Of a stretch of 64,000 nucleotides of DNA, positions 9,811 through 20,700 are shown one piece after another. How positions within the stretch are numbered: position 1 is the first letter of the stretch; each line of letters begins with the position of its first letter. The position numbers and the translations under genes are program-made. The notes beneath the pieces are model-generated. The model did no database searches and was not told the DNA's origin. It worked only from the letters and a program-made list of their open reading frames with translations. The DNA is from an uncultured Alphaproteobacteria bacterium (GTDB lineage: Bacteria > Pseudomonadota > Alphaproteobacteria > Rhizobiales > Beijerinckiaceae). The DNA lies in NCBI GenBank assembly GCA_963828185.1, contig CAWHDV010000008.1, positions 126,029 to 190,028 on the forward strand, read 5' to 3'.

Positions 9811-10958
9811 GGATTGCGCTCCGCCAGCAAGGCCCGCGCCGTGATCAGGCGCATGATTTCATTGGTTCCTTCGAGGATCTGATGCACGCGCAGATCGCGC
9901 ACGATCTTCTCGACGCCAAAGTCCGCCAGATAGCCATAGCCGCCATGCAATTGCAGAGCGGCGTTGGCGACTTCTGAGGCGGCGTCGGTCACGAAGCATT
10001 TCGCCATGGCGCAAAACTTGGCGGCGTCCGGCGCCTTATTGTCGAGCTTCCACGCCGCCTGGCGCAAGAATGTCCTCGCGGCCTGCAGCGCGATCTCCAT
10101 ATCCGCCAGCTTGAATTGCAGCGCCTGGAAATGATCGAGCGTGTGGCCGAAGGCCCGGCGCTCGCCGGCGTATCGCAAGGCCTTGTCGAGCGCCGCCTGG
10201 GCGCCGCCGAGGGCGCAGGCGGCGATATTCAGCCGGCCGCCATTCAGCCCCTGCATCGCATATTTGAAGCCGTCGCCTTCGACGCCGAGAAGGTTGGCGG
10301 CGGGGACGCGGCAATCGTCGAACCGCACCTCCGCCGTTGGCTGGGCGTTCCAGCCCATCTTCTTTTCCATGGCGCCGAAGCTGAGGCCCGGAGCGCCCTT
10401 TTCCACCAGCACGGCGGAAATTCCGGCGGCGCCGGCATGGCCGGTCCTGCACATCACGATATAGAGATCGGACAGACCGGCGCCGGAAATGAACGCCTTG
10501 GAGCCGTTGAGCACAAGGTTGTCGCCGTCGCGGACCGCGCTCGTGCGCAAGGCGGCGGCGTCGGAGCCGGAGCCCGGCTCCGTCAGGCAATAGGAGGCGA
10601 TGGCCTCCATGGCGGCGAGTTTCGCAACCCAGGCGGCGCGCAGGTCTTCGCCGCCGAAAGCGTCGATCATCCAGGCGCACATGTTGTGGATCGACAAAAA
10701 GGCCGCGACCGACGGGCAGCCCATGCCAAGGCCCTCGAAGATCAACGCCGCGTCGAGGCGGCCGAGACCCGACCCGCCATGGTCTTCACGCGCGTAGATC
10801 GCGGCGAGGCCAAGGCCTGCTGCCTCGCGCAAGACATCGACCGGCAGTTTCTTGTTTTCGTCCCAAAGCCCGGCGCCGGGCGCAAGGCGTTCGGTTCCGA
10901 ACGCCTTGGCCATGTCGAAAATCGCCGACTGCTCTTCGCTCAAGCCAAAATCCAGCAT
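9807..10958 (-). CDS. Acyl-CoA dehydrogenase (isobutyryl-CoA dehydrogenase-like)
   Basis: YCLTEPGSGSDAA, KMGWNAQPT, RVHQILEGTNEIMR; context with mmsAB. Confidence 0.9.
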   Translation of the reverse strand: MLDFGLSEEQSAIFDMAKAFGTERLAPGAGLWDENKKLPVDVLREAAGLGLAAIYAREDHGGSGLGRLDAALIFEGLGMGCPSVAAFLSIHNMCAWMIDAFGGEDLRAAWVAKLAAMEAIASYCLTEPGSGSDAAALRTSAVRDGDNLVLNGSKAFISGAGLSDLYIVMCRTGHAGAAGISAVLVEKGAPGLSFGAMEKKMGWNAQPTAEVRFDDCRVPAANLLGVEGDGFKYAMQGLNGGRLNIAACALGGAQAALDKALRYAGERRAFGHTLDHFQALQFKLADMEIALQAARTFLRQAAWKLDNKAPDAAKFCAMAKCFVTDAASEVANAALQLHGGYGYLADFGVEKIVRDLRVHQILEGTNEIMRLITARALLAERNP

Positions 10959-10967
10959 TGTTTTTCT

Positions 10968-12458
10968 CTAATGCGTCGGGATGACGAAACTGGCGCCTTC
11001 CTTCGTGCCCGACGGCCAGCGCGACGTCACCGTCTTGGTTCGCGTATAAAAACGGAAAGCGTCGGGGCCGAACTGGTTCAGGTCGCCAAAGCCCGAGCGC
11101 TTCCAGCCGCCGAACGTGTAATAGGCGAGCGGCACCGGGATCGGCACGTTGATTCCCACCATGCCGACATTGATCCGCGAAGCGAAATCACGGGCCGTGT
11201 CGCCGTCTCGCGTGAAGATGGCGACGCCGTTGCCGTATTCGTGCTTCATCGGCAGTTCCAGCGCTTGTTCGTAATTGTCGGCCCGCACCACCGACAGCAC
11301 GGGACCGAAGATTTCGGTCTTGTAGATGTCCATTTCCGGCTTCACGTGGTCGAACAGGCAGGGGCCGACGAAGAAGCCGTCCTCATAGCCTTGCAAGGAC
11401 AGGCCGCGTCCGTCGACAACGAGCTTGGCCCCCTCGGCGACGCCCTTGTCGATGAGGCCCAGCACGCGCCGCTTGGCTTCAGAGGTGACGAGCGGACCGA
11501 AATCCATGTCGCCGCCGTTGTAGGGACCGACCTTCAGCGCCTCGACGCGGGGGATCAGCTTTTCCACCAGCCGGTCGGCGGTTTCGCGCCCGATCGGCAC
11601 GGCGACGGAAATGGCCATGCAGCGCTCGCCCGCCGCGCCATAGCCGGCGCCGATGAGCGCGTCGACCGCCTGGTCCATGTCGGCGTCGGGCGCGATCAGC
11701 ATATGGTTCTTGGCGCCGCCAAAAGCCTGCACGCGCTTACCATTGCCGCAACCTCGTGTGTAAATGTATTCGCCGATCGCGGTCGAGCCGACGAAGCCGA
11801 TCGCCGCGATATCGGGATCGTCGAGGATGGCGTCGACCGCCTCCTTGTCGCCGTTGACCACGTTGAGCACGCCGTCGGGCAGGCCCGCCTCCTGCATCAG
11901 TTCCGCCAGCATCAGCGGCACGGAGGGGGCGCGTTCCGACGGCTTGAGGATGAAGGCGTTCCCGGCCGTGATCGCCGGGCAGAATTTCCACATGGGGATC
12001 ATCGCCGGGAAGTTGAACGGCGTGACGCCCGCGACGACGCCGAGCGGCTGGCGCATGGAATAGAGGTCGATGCCGGGACCGGCGCCGTCGCTGAATTCGC
12101 CTTTCAGCATGTTTGGCGCGCCGATACAGAATTCCGCCACTTCGAGACCGCGGATGACGTCGCCCTTGGCGTCGGGAAGGGTCTTGCCATGTTCACGCGA
12201 AAGCGCCTCGGCCAGCTTGTCCATGTCACGGTGCAGCAGTCCGACGAAAGCCATCATCACGCGGGCCCGGCGCTGGGGGTTCACCGCCGCCCACGCCGGT
12301 TGCGCCGCCTTGGCGTTCTCGACCGCCGCGCGGACTTCGGCCTTGCTGGCGAGCGCAAGCTGCTTTTCGACCTTGCCGGTCGCCGGATTGAAGACATCGG
12401 CAAAGCGGCCGGATGCGCCCGCGACGCGTTTGCCGCCGACAAAATGACCCATTTCCAT
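10968..12458 (-). CDS. mmsA: CoA-acylating methylmalonate-semialdehyde dehydrogenase
   Basis: TPFNFPAMIP, LKPSE, GGAKNH, AGERCMA, EIFGPV, YYTFGGWK. Confidence 0.95.
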   Translation of the reverse strand: MEMGHFVGGKRVAGASGRFADVFNPATGKVEKQLALASKAEVRAAVENAKAAQPAWAAVNPQRRARVMMAFVGLLHRDMDKLAEALSREHGKTLPDAKGDVIRGLEVAEFCIGAPNMLKGEFSDGAGPGIDLYSMRQPLGVVAGVTPFNFPAMIPMWKFCPAITAGNAFILKPSERAPSVPLMLAELMQEAGLPDGVLNVVNGDKEAVDAILDDPDIAAIGFVGSTAIGEYIYTRGCGNGKRVQAFGGAKNHMLIAPDADMDQAVDALIGAGYGAAGERCMAISVAVPIGRETADRLVEKLIPRVEALKVGPYNGGDMDFGPLVTSEAKRRVLGLIDKGVAEGAKLVVDGRGLSLQGYEDGFFVGPCLFDHVKPEMDIYKTEIFGPVLSVVRADNYEQALELPMKHEYGNGVAIFTRDGDTARDFASRINVGMVGINVPIPVPLAYYTFGGWKRSGFGDLNQFGPDAFRFYTRTKTVTSRWPSGTKEGASFVIPTH

Positions 12459-12541
12459 CGCGCTCTCCCTTTTGCCGGGCCGTTGAGGCCCCTTATTGCG
12501 CTCTGCCCGCGCTTGCTTGTCCCGCTTGTTAGTTATGGCGT

Positions 12542-12593
12542 AAAAATGCAGCCATCAAGGGATAAAAATGCATTATATGAATGCAAAAATGCA
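12542..12593. promoter_or_regulatory. Probable LysR binding region in the mmsA/lysR divergent promoter
   Basis: Inverted repeat TGCATT-N5-AATGCA (12569-12585) containing a T-N11-A; AAAAATGCA occurs three times; AT-rich. Confidence 0.5.
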
Positions 12594-12631
12594 TCATTAT
12601 CCGGGGCCGGAGGTCCGTCTTGCTGTCGTCG

Positions 12632-13510
12632 TTGAACTGGAACGATTTAAAATATTTCCTGGCTCTGGCGCGGCGGGGCCGGCTTCGTCTCGCCTGTTCG
12701 GACCTCGGCGTCGACCAGGCGACGGTCGGCCGCAGGATAGCGGCTCTCGAGGAGGCGCTTGGAAGCCCTCTGTTCGACAGGAGCACCAAAGGCTATGAGC
12801 TGACCGAGATCGGATCGCGGCTGTTGCCGCTCGCCGAACAGATCGAGAGCCAGTTCATCGTCGCCCAGGCGGAAAGCCAGTCGCCCGAAGCCTTGTTGAC
12901 CGGAGCGGTGCGCGTCGGGGCGCCGGTCGCCGCCAGCGCCTACCTGATCGCCGAGGCTGCTTCCGATCTTATCCGCCGCCATCCGCGCCTGGAAATCGAG
13001 ATCGTGGCCGTGCCGCGCACGTTCAACCTGACGGTGCGTGAAGCCGATCTCGCCATCGCGGTGTCGCGGCCCGACCGCGGCCGGGTGGTGTCGCGCAAGG
13101 TCGCCGATTACAGCCTGAAGCTTTACGCGCATGAAGAATACCTCGCCTCCCGCGCTTCGATCGACACGCTGAACGATCTGCGGCGCGCGCATGGCGTCGG
13201 CTATATTTCCGACCTGATCTTCGACAAGGAGCTCGACTACGTTCCTTCGGTGGACCCCAAGCTGCATCCGCGCCTGACGAGTTCGAACCTCATCGTCCAG
13301 CTGCAATTCGTGCTGGCCGGAGCCGGCGTCTGCATCCTGCCGGAATTCGTCGCCCGGCGCCACGTCTGCCTGAAGCCCGTGCTCGCTGATAAAGTCGCTC
13401 TCACCCGCTCCTATTGGCTGGTCATCCATGAAGACGTGGCCAAGACCGAACGCGTCCGCCTCGTGGCCGAGAGCTTTGCGGAGGCGATCAAGCTGGGCGT
13501 CGACGTCTGA
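12632..13510 (+). CDS. LysR-family transcriptional regulator
   Basis: NWNDLKYFLALAR..LGVDQATVGRRIAALEEALG..LFDR; TTG start at 12632 inferred. Confidence 0.92.
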   Translation: MNWNDLKYFLALARRGRLRLACSDLGVDQATVGRRIAALEEALGSPLFDRSTKGYELTEIGSRLLPLAEQIESQFIVAQAESQSPEALLTGAVRVGAPVAASAYLIAEAASDLIRRHPRLEIEIVAVPRTFNLTVREADLAIAVSRPDRGRVVSRKVADYSLKLYAHEEYLASRASIDTLNDLRRAHGVGYISDLIFDKELDYVPSVDPKLHPRLTSSNLIVQLQFVLAGAGVCILPEFVARRHVCLKPVLADKVALTRSYWLVIHEDVAKTERVRLVAESFAEAIKLGVDV

Positions 13511-13546
13511 CGCTTCGCAGCGTTTTGCGCGATTTATTGCAAATGC

Positions 13547-13561
13547 GCGACGCGATGTCGC
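13547..13561 (+). promoter_or_regulatory. Putative RegA/RegR/PrrA box upstream of cyoA
   Basis: GCGAC-N5-GTCGC matches the GCGNC...GNCGC RegR/PrrA consensus, about 85 nt before cyoA. Confidence 0.5.
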
Positions 13562-13646
13562 ATCGCGACGCGCAGCGTGGACGAAACTTTTTCCGCAGCG
13601 CGGCATTCTAGCGGTAGCCGTAGTTCGCCGCAGCGGGGCGCCTTCG

Positions 13647-14540
13647 ATGAGCATCCTGTCGAGCCTGCTTCCTCCTGCGACGCTCGGAGCCCTCGATCCG
13701 CAGGGGCCGGTCGCCGCGGGCGAGCTGATGATCATGGAAAACGCCACCGTGGTCATGCTTGCGGTGATCGTGCCGGTCATCGTGCTGACGCTCGCCTTCG
13801 CCTGGCATTTCCGGGAGGGCAACACCAAGGCCGCCTACCGGCCGGACTGGCATTATTCCGGCGCAATCGAATTCGTCGTCTGGGCCATTCCGGCGATGAT
13901 CGTGCTTTTCCTCGGCGGCGTCGCCTGGATCGGCGCGCATGACCTCGATCCGCGCAAGCCGCTCGCCAGCCAGGCCAAGCCCCTGCGCGTCGACGTCGTG
14001 TCGATGGACTGGAAATGGCTGTTCATCTACCCCGATCTCGGCGTCGCCACGGTCAACAGGCTGGTGGCGCCGACCGGGACGCCGATCGTCTTCACGCTGA
14101 CATCGGCCACGGTGATGAACTCGTTCCTGGTCCCGAACCTCGGCGGCCAGATCTATGCCATGAACGGCATGGCGACGCACATCAGCCTGCTCGCCGACAA
14201 TCCCGGCGTCTATCCCGGCCTCTCCGCCAACATCAGCGGCGACGGCTTTTCCGACATGCGCTTTGAAGTCGACGCCGTCGATCAAAACCACTTCCAGGCC
14301 TGGACCGACGAGGCGCGCAAATCGACGGACAAGCTCGACGACCAGAGTTATGCGAGCCTGAACCGGCCGGGCGTCATCGAGCATCCCGTCACTTATGGCG
14401 CGGTCGCGCCGCACCTGTTCGACAGGATCGTGCGGAACCAGGTTCCGCCGCCGGGAGCGGACTTGCCGAAGCAATCCGCGCTCGATCCGCCGGGCCATGC
14501 CTGCCTCGCGGCGGCGAAATCCTGCAAACCGGACAACTGA
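13647..14540 (+). CDS. cyoA: Cytochrome bo3 ubiquinol oxidase subunit II
   Basis: LDPQGPVA, YRPDW.YS..IEFVVW.IP, DWKWLFIYP, SATVMNSF, GLSAN.SG.GFSDM.F; no CuA cysteines. Confidence 0.92.
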   Translation: MSILSSLLPPATLGALDPQGPVAAGELMIMENATVVMLAVIVPVIVLTLAFAWHFREGNTKAAYRPDWHYSGAIEFVVWAIPAMIVLFLGGVAWIGAHDLDPRKPLASQAKPLRVDVVSMDWKWLFIYPDLGVATVNRLVAPTGTPIVFTLTSATVMNSFLVPNLGGQIYAMNGMATHISLLADNPGVYPGLSANISGDGFSDMRFEVDAVDQNHFQAWTDEARKSTDKLDDQSYASLNRPGVIEHPVTYGAVAPHLFDRIVRNQVPPPGADLPKQSALDPPGHACLAAAKSCKPDN

Positions 14541-14541
14541 C

Positions 14542-14575
14542 ATGCTCGGAAAACTGACATGCTTGGAAAACTGAC
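14542..14575 (+). repeat. 17-bp tandem duplication of the cyoB start region
   Basis: ATGCTCGGAAAACTGAC (14542-14558) followed by ATGCTTGGAAAACTGAC (14559-14575). Confidence 0.9.
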
Positions 14576-16607
14576 TTGGTCCGCGCTCCCGCTGGGACAG
14601 CCAATTCCGCTGGCGGCCGGAGCGTTCGTCGTCCTCGTCATGTTCGGCTTTGTCGCGCTGGCGACGGTGAAGGGCTGGTGGCCTTATCTGTGGCGCGAAT
14701 GGATCACCAGCGTCGACCACAAGCGGATCGGCGCCATGTATGTGCTGCTGGCGCTCGTCATGCTGCTGCGCGGCTTTGTCGACGCGCTGATGATGCGCAC
14801 GCAGCAGGCGCTCGCCGCCAACAACGCGCCCGGCTATCTGCCGCCGGAACATTACAACCAGATCTTCACGGCGCATGGGACGATCATGATCTTCTTCGTC
14901 GCCATGCCCTTGATGGTCGGGATGATGAACATCGTCATGCCGTTGCAGCTCGGCATCCGCGACGTCGCCTTTCCCGTGCTCAATTCGACCAGCTTCTGGC
15001 TGACCGCGAGCGGCGCGCTGCTCGTCAACATGTCGCTCGTCGTCGGCAATTTCGCCCGCACCGGCTGGCTCGCCTATCCGCCCTTGTCCGAGTTGCGCTT
15101 TTCGCCCGACGAGGGCGTCGATTATTACCTGTGGTCCCTGCAGATCGCCGGCGTCGGCTCGCTGCTATCGGGCGTCAATCTCACGACGACGATCCTCAAG
15201 GTGCGGGCGGTGGGCATGACCTATGCCCGCATGCCGATCTTCTGCTGGACCGCGCTCTCCTCGAACATGCTGATCATCGCGGCCTTTCCGATCCTGACCG
15301 CGACTTTCGCCATGCTGCAGCTCGATCGCTACCTCGGCTTCCACTTCTTCACCAATGACGGCGGCGGCAACGCCATGTTCTACGTGAACCTGATCTGGGC
15401 CTGGGGCCACCCGGAAGTCTATATCCTCATCCTGCCGGCCTTCGGGGTCTATTCCGAAATCGTCGCGACCTTCTCCAGCAAGGCGCTGTTCGGCCGCCGC
15501 TCGATGATCGCGGCGACGCTCGGCATCACCGTCATCTCGTTCATGGTGTGGCTGCATCACTTCTTCACCATGGGCGCCGGCGCCGACGTCAACGCCTTCT
15601 TCGGCATCGCCACCATGATCATCGCCGTGCCGACCGGCGTGAAAGTGTTCAACTGGCTGTTCACCATCTACGGCGGCCGCGTGCGCTTTACGGCGGCGAT
15701 GCACTGGACGATCGGCTTCATGGTCACCTTCGCCATCGGCGGCCTGACCGGGGTGCTGCTCGCCATTCCGCCGGTCGATTTCCTGGTGCACAACAGCCTG
15801 TTCCTGGTGGCGCATTTCCATAACGTGCTGATCGGCGGCATGCTGTTCGGCGCTTTCGCGGCCTACATGTTCTGGTTTCCCAAGGTGTTCGGCTTCACGC
15901 TCGACGAGAGGCTCGGCAAGGCCAGCTTCTGGTGCTGGTTCACAGGCTTCTATCTCGCCTTCATGCCGCTTTACGTGCTGGGCCTGTTCGGCGCGACCCG
16001 CCGCCTGCAGCATTACGCCGATCCGCGCTGGCTGCCGCTCAATCTCGTCGCGCTTGCCGGGGCATTGCTGATCCTCGCCGGCATCAGCCTGCTGATCGCG
16101 CAACTCGTCGTCAGCATCCGCACGCGCGAACGGCGGCGCGACCTCAGCGGCGATCCGTGGAACGGGCGCACGCTCGAATGGGCGACGCCCTCGCCGCCGC
16201 CGCCGTGGAATTTTTCCCGCGCGCCGCGCGTCGACGCCGCCGACGCCTTCTGGGTCGCCAAACGCAGGCAGGGCGGCAATGGACAAGAGGCAGGAACGCC
16301 TGCGGAAGGGACGCCGCAAGGCGGGCGTCGCGCCGGCATGCTGAAGCCCGACGCCTACGCCGATATCGAAATGCCGCGCAATTCCCCGCTGGGCGTCGTG
16401 ATCGCCTTTTTCGCCTTCATTCTCGGTTTCGCCATGGTCTGGCATATCTGGTGGGCGGCGGCTTGCGGGTTGGCCGGCGTGCTTGCCGCGGTGCTGGTCC
16501 ACGCCTGGCGCACCGATGTCGAAATGACCATTCCTGCGGAACAGGCCGCGCGCTTCGACCGCGAACGCGACGATGCGTGGCCCGTCATCACGGAGGCGGC
16601 GCAATGA
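14559..16607 (+). CDS. cyoB: Cytochrome bo3 ubiquinol oxidase subunit I (A1 type)
   Basis: [42 protein letters not shown]. Confidence 0.97.
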   Translation: MLGKLTWSALPLGQPIPLAAGAFVVLVMFGFVALATVKGWWPYLWREWITSVDHKRIGAMYVLLALVMLLRGFVDALMMRTQQALAANNAPGYLPPEHYNQIFTAHGTIMIFFVAMPLMVGMMNIVMPLQLGIRDVAFPVLNSTSFWLTASGALLVNMSLVVGNFARTGWLAYPPLSELRFSPDEGVDYYLWSLQIAGVGSLLSGVNLTTTILKVRAVGMTYARMPIFCWTALSSNMLIIAAFPILTATFAMLQLDRYLGFHFFTNDGGGNAMFYVNLIWAWGHPEVYILILPAFGVYSEIVATFSSKALFGRRSMIAATLGITVISFMVWLHHFFTMGAGADVNAFFGIATMIIAVPTGVKVFNWLFTIYGGRVRFTAAMHWTIGFMVTFAIGGLTGVLLAIPPVDFLVHNSLFLVAHFHNVLIGGMLFGAFAAYMFWFPKVFGFTLDERLGKASFWCWFTGFYLAFMPLYVLGLFGATRRLQHYADPRWLPLNLVALAGALLILAGISLLIAQLVVSIRTRERRRDLSGDPWNGRTLEWATPSPPPPWNFSRAPRVDAADAFWVAKRRQGGNGQEAGTPAEGTPQGGRRAGMLKPDAYADIEMPRNSPLGVVIAFFAFILGFAMVWHIWWAAACGLAGVLAAVLVHAWRTDVEMTIPAEQAARFDRERDDAWPVITEAAQ

Positions 16608-17239
16608 GCGTTGCCGGGGTCGATTTCGACGGACTGGACGCGAGCCGGGAGACTGGAGACATTTCTGTCGAGCGCCCCGATGCGAAGGCGGTGATCGCAG
16701 GCTTTGGCTTCTGGCTGTTCCTGCTGAGCGACATCGTGGTGTTCGGCGCGCTGTTCGCCGCCTTTTCCGTGCTGTCGCATGCGACGGCCGGCGGTCCCCG
16801 GGGCGCGCAGATCTTCGACCTGCGCCATGTCGGCCTCGAGACCGCTGCGCTTCTGACCTCGAGCCTGACCTGCGGCCTGTGCTCGCTCGCCGGCGATATC
16901 GGCCGCCCGCGGCAGTTCTATCTCTTCGCGGTGCTGACGCTGGCGCTCGGCGCGCTTTTCCTTGGCCTCGAAATCTCGGAATTTTCCCGCATGGTGGCGC
17001 GCGGCGACGGCCCGACGCGCAGCGCCTTCCTCTCGGCCTTCTTCACGCTTGTCGGCACGCACGGCCTGCATGTCACCTCGGGCATGCTCTGGCTCGTCGT
17101 GATGATGGCGCAGGTGGCGACGCTCGGCTTCCGCCCGATGGTGCTGCGGCGCCTGCGCGCCTTCGCCTTCTTCTGGCATGCGCTCGACATTGTCTGGATC
17201 GGCGTGTTCACCATCGTTTATCTCGGAGCCTTCTCATGA
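16604..17239 (+). CDS. cyoC: Cytochrome bo3 oxidase subunit III
   Basis: [42 protein letters not shown]; ATGA overlap with cyoB. Confidence 0.95.
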   Translation: MSVAGVDFDGLDASRETGDISVERPDAKAVIAGFGFWLFLLSDIVVFGALFAAFSVLSHATAGGPRGAQIFDLRHVGLETAALLTSSLTCGLCSLAGDIGRPRQFYLFAVLTLALGALFLGLEISEFSRMVARGDGPTRSAFLSAFFTLVGTHGLHVTSGMLWLVVMMAQVATLGFRPMVLRRLRAFAFFWHALDIVWIGVFTIVYLGAFS

Positions 17240-17646
17240 CTGAAGCGCGAGACCAATTCGCCAAAAACCCCGACGGCGATTTCGACATCGCCCCCGACGC
17301 GCAGCGCGCCCCCGATGTCGTGCGCTCATACCTGTCGGGCTTCTTCATCGCGGCCCTGCTGACAGCTGCGAGCTTCTGGAGCGTCATGACGCACTCGATT
17401 TGGCCCGCCGGCCTGCCCGTGCTGCTTGCGGCGCTGGCCATATCGCAGATGGGCGTGCACCTGGTCTTCTTCTTCCACATCTCCTCCAGCCCGGATCGCG
17501 TGAATTCCTTTCTCGCGCTGGCCTTCGGCGTTTTCGTGGTCGGCCTGATCGTGTTCGGCTCGATGATCATCATGGCCAATCTCAACGCCAACATGAGCAT
17601 CCACGCAACGAACGGGCAAATGATCGGCCCGCAGACGCAGCGCTGA
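17236..17646 (+). CDS. cyoD: Cytochrome bo3 oxidase subunit IV
   Basis: [35 protein letters not shown]; ATGA overlap with cyoC. Confidence 0.92.
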   Translation: MTEARDQFAKNPDGDFDIAPDAQRAPDVVRSYLSGFFIAALLTAASFWSVMTHSIWPAGLPVLLAALAISQMGVHLVFFFHISSSPDRVNSFLALAFGVFVVGLIVFGSMIIMANLNANMSIHATNGQMIGPQTQR

Positions 17647-17740
17647 CGCTTGCGGGGTCGGATCACCGAAATGCATGGCGCGGCTTCAACAATGCGCGCC
17701 GCGACACCATATCGGCAGCGTCCGAGCGCGTCGGGCGGGC

Positions 17741-20700
17741 ATGCAACCGGACAGGGCGCCTTTGCTTCATTCAGACAGTTTCCAGCCAATTCTGGCGCAG
17801 GACGAGCCAAGGCGCGACTGGCGAAAGCTTTTTCATCCCGCCGTGGCGGGCTGGTTCAGCGAGCGTTTTGTCGCGCCCACTCCCGCGCAGACCGAGGCCT
17901 GGGAGGCGATAAAGGCCGGCAAGCACACGCTGATCGCCGCCCCCACTGGCTCGGGCAAGACGCTGGCCGCTTTTCTGGCGGCGATCGACGATCTCGTTCG
18001 CCAGGGCGTCGAGGGCCGCCTGACCGACGAGACGCAGATCGTCTATGTCTCGCCGCTCAAGGCGCTGTCCAATGACATCCACCGCAATCTGGAGGCTCCG
18101 CTCGAGGGAATAACCGAGAAGCTGCGGCTTGGCGGCTGGCCCGACGCCGCCATCCGGACATGGGTCAGGACCGGCGACACACCGGCGTCCGAGCGTGAAA
18201 AAATGCGCCGGCGCCCGCCGCATATCGTCGTGACGACGCCGGAATCGCTTTACGTCCTGCTCGGCTCGGAATCGGGCCGCAAGATGCTGGCGAGCACGCG
18301 CACGGTGATCGTCGACGAAATCCATGCGGTGGCGCCAAACAAGCGAGGCTCGCACTTGAGTCTTTCGCTCGAGCGCCTGTCGGCCCTGTGCGGCGACGGA
18401 CTGCTGCGCATCGGCCTGTCCGCGACGCAAAATCCGATCGGCGCCGTCGCGCATTTCCTCGTCGGCGCGGGCGCGGACGGCGAGGCGCCGCAAGCGACGA
18501 TCATCGACAGCGGCCACCAGCGCCTGCGCGATCTCGGCGTCGAAGTTCCGGACTCGCCGCTCGAGGCGGTGATGTCGGGCGAAGTCTGGCGCGAGGTCTA
18601 TGACCGGCTGGCCCGCCTGATCGAGGCGCAGCGCACGACCCTCGTCTTCGTCAACACCAGGCGCATGGCCGAACGCATCGCGCGGGAACTGTCGCAACGG
18701 CTGAATGAGGACGCCGTGACGGCGCATCACGGCAGCATGGCGAAGGACAAGCGTCTTGCCGCCGAGCAGAGGCTCAAGCGCGGCGAGTTGCGGGCGCTGG
18801 TCGCCACCGCTTCGCTGGAGCTGGGCATCGATATCGGCGAGGTCGATCTGGTCTGCCAGCTGGGCTCCCCGCGTTCGATCTCGGCTTTCCTGCAGCGGGT
18901 CGGACGCTCCGGCCACGCCATCGACGGCACGCCGAAGGGGCGGCTGTTTCCGCTGTCGCGCGACGACCTTGTCGAATGCGCAGGCCTGCTTGACAGCGTG
19001 CGGCGCGGCGAACTCGATCGCCTGGCGATGCCCGACCAGCCGTTGGACGTGCTCGCCCAGCAGATCGTGGCTGAAGTTTCGGCGCAGGATTGGCCGGAAG
19101 ATGCGCTCTACGATCTGCTGCGCCGCGCCTGGCCTTTCCGTTTGCTGCCGCGAAAAAATTTCGACGCGGTCGTCCGCATGCTGGGCGAAGGATTTTCAAC
19201 CCGCCACGGCCGGCGCGGAGCGCTGGTCCATCGCGACGCGGTCAACAAGATCCTGCGCGCCCGGCGCGGCGCGCGCACGACCGCCCTGACATCAGGCGGG
19301 ACGATCCCCGACACGGCCGATTACCAGGTGGTGCTCGAGCCGGAAAACCACGTCATCGGCACGGTCAACGAGGACTTCGCCGTCGAGAGCATGCAGGGCG
19401 ACGTGTTCCAGCTCGGCAACGCCTCCTACCGCATCCAGCGCGTCGAGCGGGGGACCGTCCGGGTCGAGGACGCGCATGGCCAGCCGCCGAGCATTCCGTT
19501 CTGGATCGGCGAGGCGCCGGGACGAACGGATGCGCTCTCCGCCTCGGTTTCGCGTCTGCGCGCCGAGGTCGAGGCGCGTCTGCGCTGCGATCCCTCGGGC
19601 GAAGAGGCCTTGCGCGCGCTGGAAGAGCTCGGCCTCGGCCCGGCCGCCGCCTTGCAGCTGCGCGACTATCTCGCCTCGGCCTTCGCGGCCCTTGGCAAGC
19701 TGCCCACCCAGGACGCCGTCGTCTTCGAGCGTTTCTTCGACGAGGCGGGCGGCATGCAGCTCGTCATCCACTCGCCGTTCGGCAGCCGCATCAACCGCGG
19801 CTGGGGCCTGGCCCTGCGCAAGCGCTTCTGCCGCAAATTCAATTTCGAATTGCAGGCGGCGGCGACCGAGGACACGATCATCCTGTCGCTCACCACCGCG
19901 CATAGTTTCGAACTCGCCGACGTCGCGCGCTATCTCAACGCGAAAAGCGTGCGCGACGTGCTGATCCAGGCGATGCTGACCGCGCCGATGTTCACGACGC
20001 GCTGGCGCTGGGTCGCCGGCGTGGCGCTCGCCTTGCCGAGGTTTCGGGCCGGCAAAAAGGTTCCGCCGCAAATCATGCGCATGCAGGCCGAGGATCTGAT
20101 GGCGGCGGTGTTCCCCGACCAGGTGGCCTGCGCCGAGAATCTCGTCGGCGAGCGTGAGGCGCCGATCATCCGCTGACCAACCAGGCGATCGACGATTGCC
20201 TGCACGAGGCGATGGATATTGACGGGCTGGAGCGGCTGCTGGCGCGCGTCGAAGCGGGCGAAATCGAGATTGTCGCCCGTGATCTCACCCAGCCGTCGCC
20301 GCTGGCGCTCGAGGCCCTGTCGGCGCGCCCCTACGCCTTCCTCGACGACGCGCCGCTGGAAGAACGGCGGACGCAGGCGGTTCTGGCGCGGCGCTGGCAG
20401 GATCCGCAAAGCGCCTCCGAACTCGGACGCCTCGACATCGAGGCGATTGAAAAATCCGCGCCGAAGCTTGGCCGGACCCGGCCAACGCCGAGGAATTGCA
20501 CGACGCGTTGTTATGGCTCGGCTGGCTGACCGAAAAGGAGGCGCAGGCGACGCCCGAGTGGACAGGCTGGCTCGACGCGCTGGCCCGCGACAAGCGCGTC
20601 GCCCGCTTGCGGATACAGCGGTCGGCCCTTTGGATCCCCGCCGAGCGAGCGGCGCATTTTGTCGCCGTCTGGCCGCAGGCGCGGCTGCAGCCTCCGGTCG

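Noticed and set aside
10116-12635. Long antisense ORFs (also 53886..56438, 45774..47330, 15165..16604)
   Set aside because: These are opposite-strand shadows of clearly recognisable genes, expected in high-GC DNA; they carry no family motifs.
20160-20460. Programmed ribosomal frameshifting in lhr
   Set aside because: There is no canonical slippery heptamer with a stimulator; the same one-base homopolymer pattern recurs in six unrelated genes.
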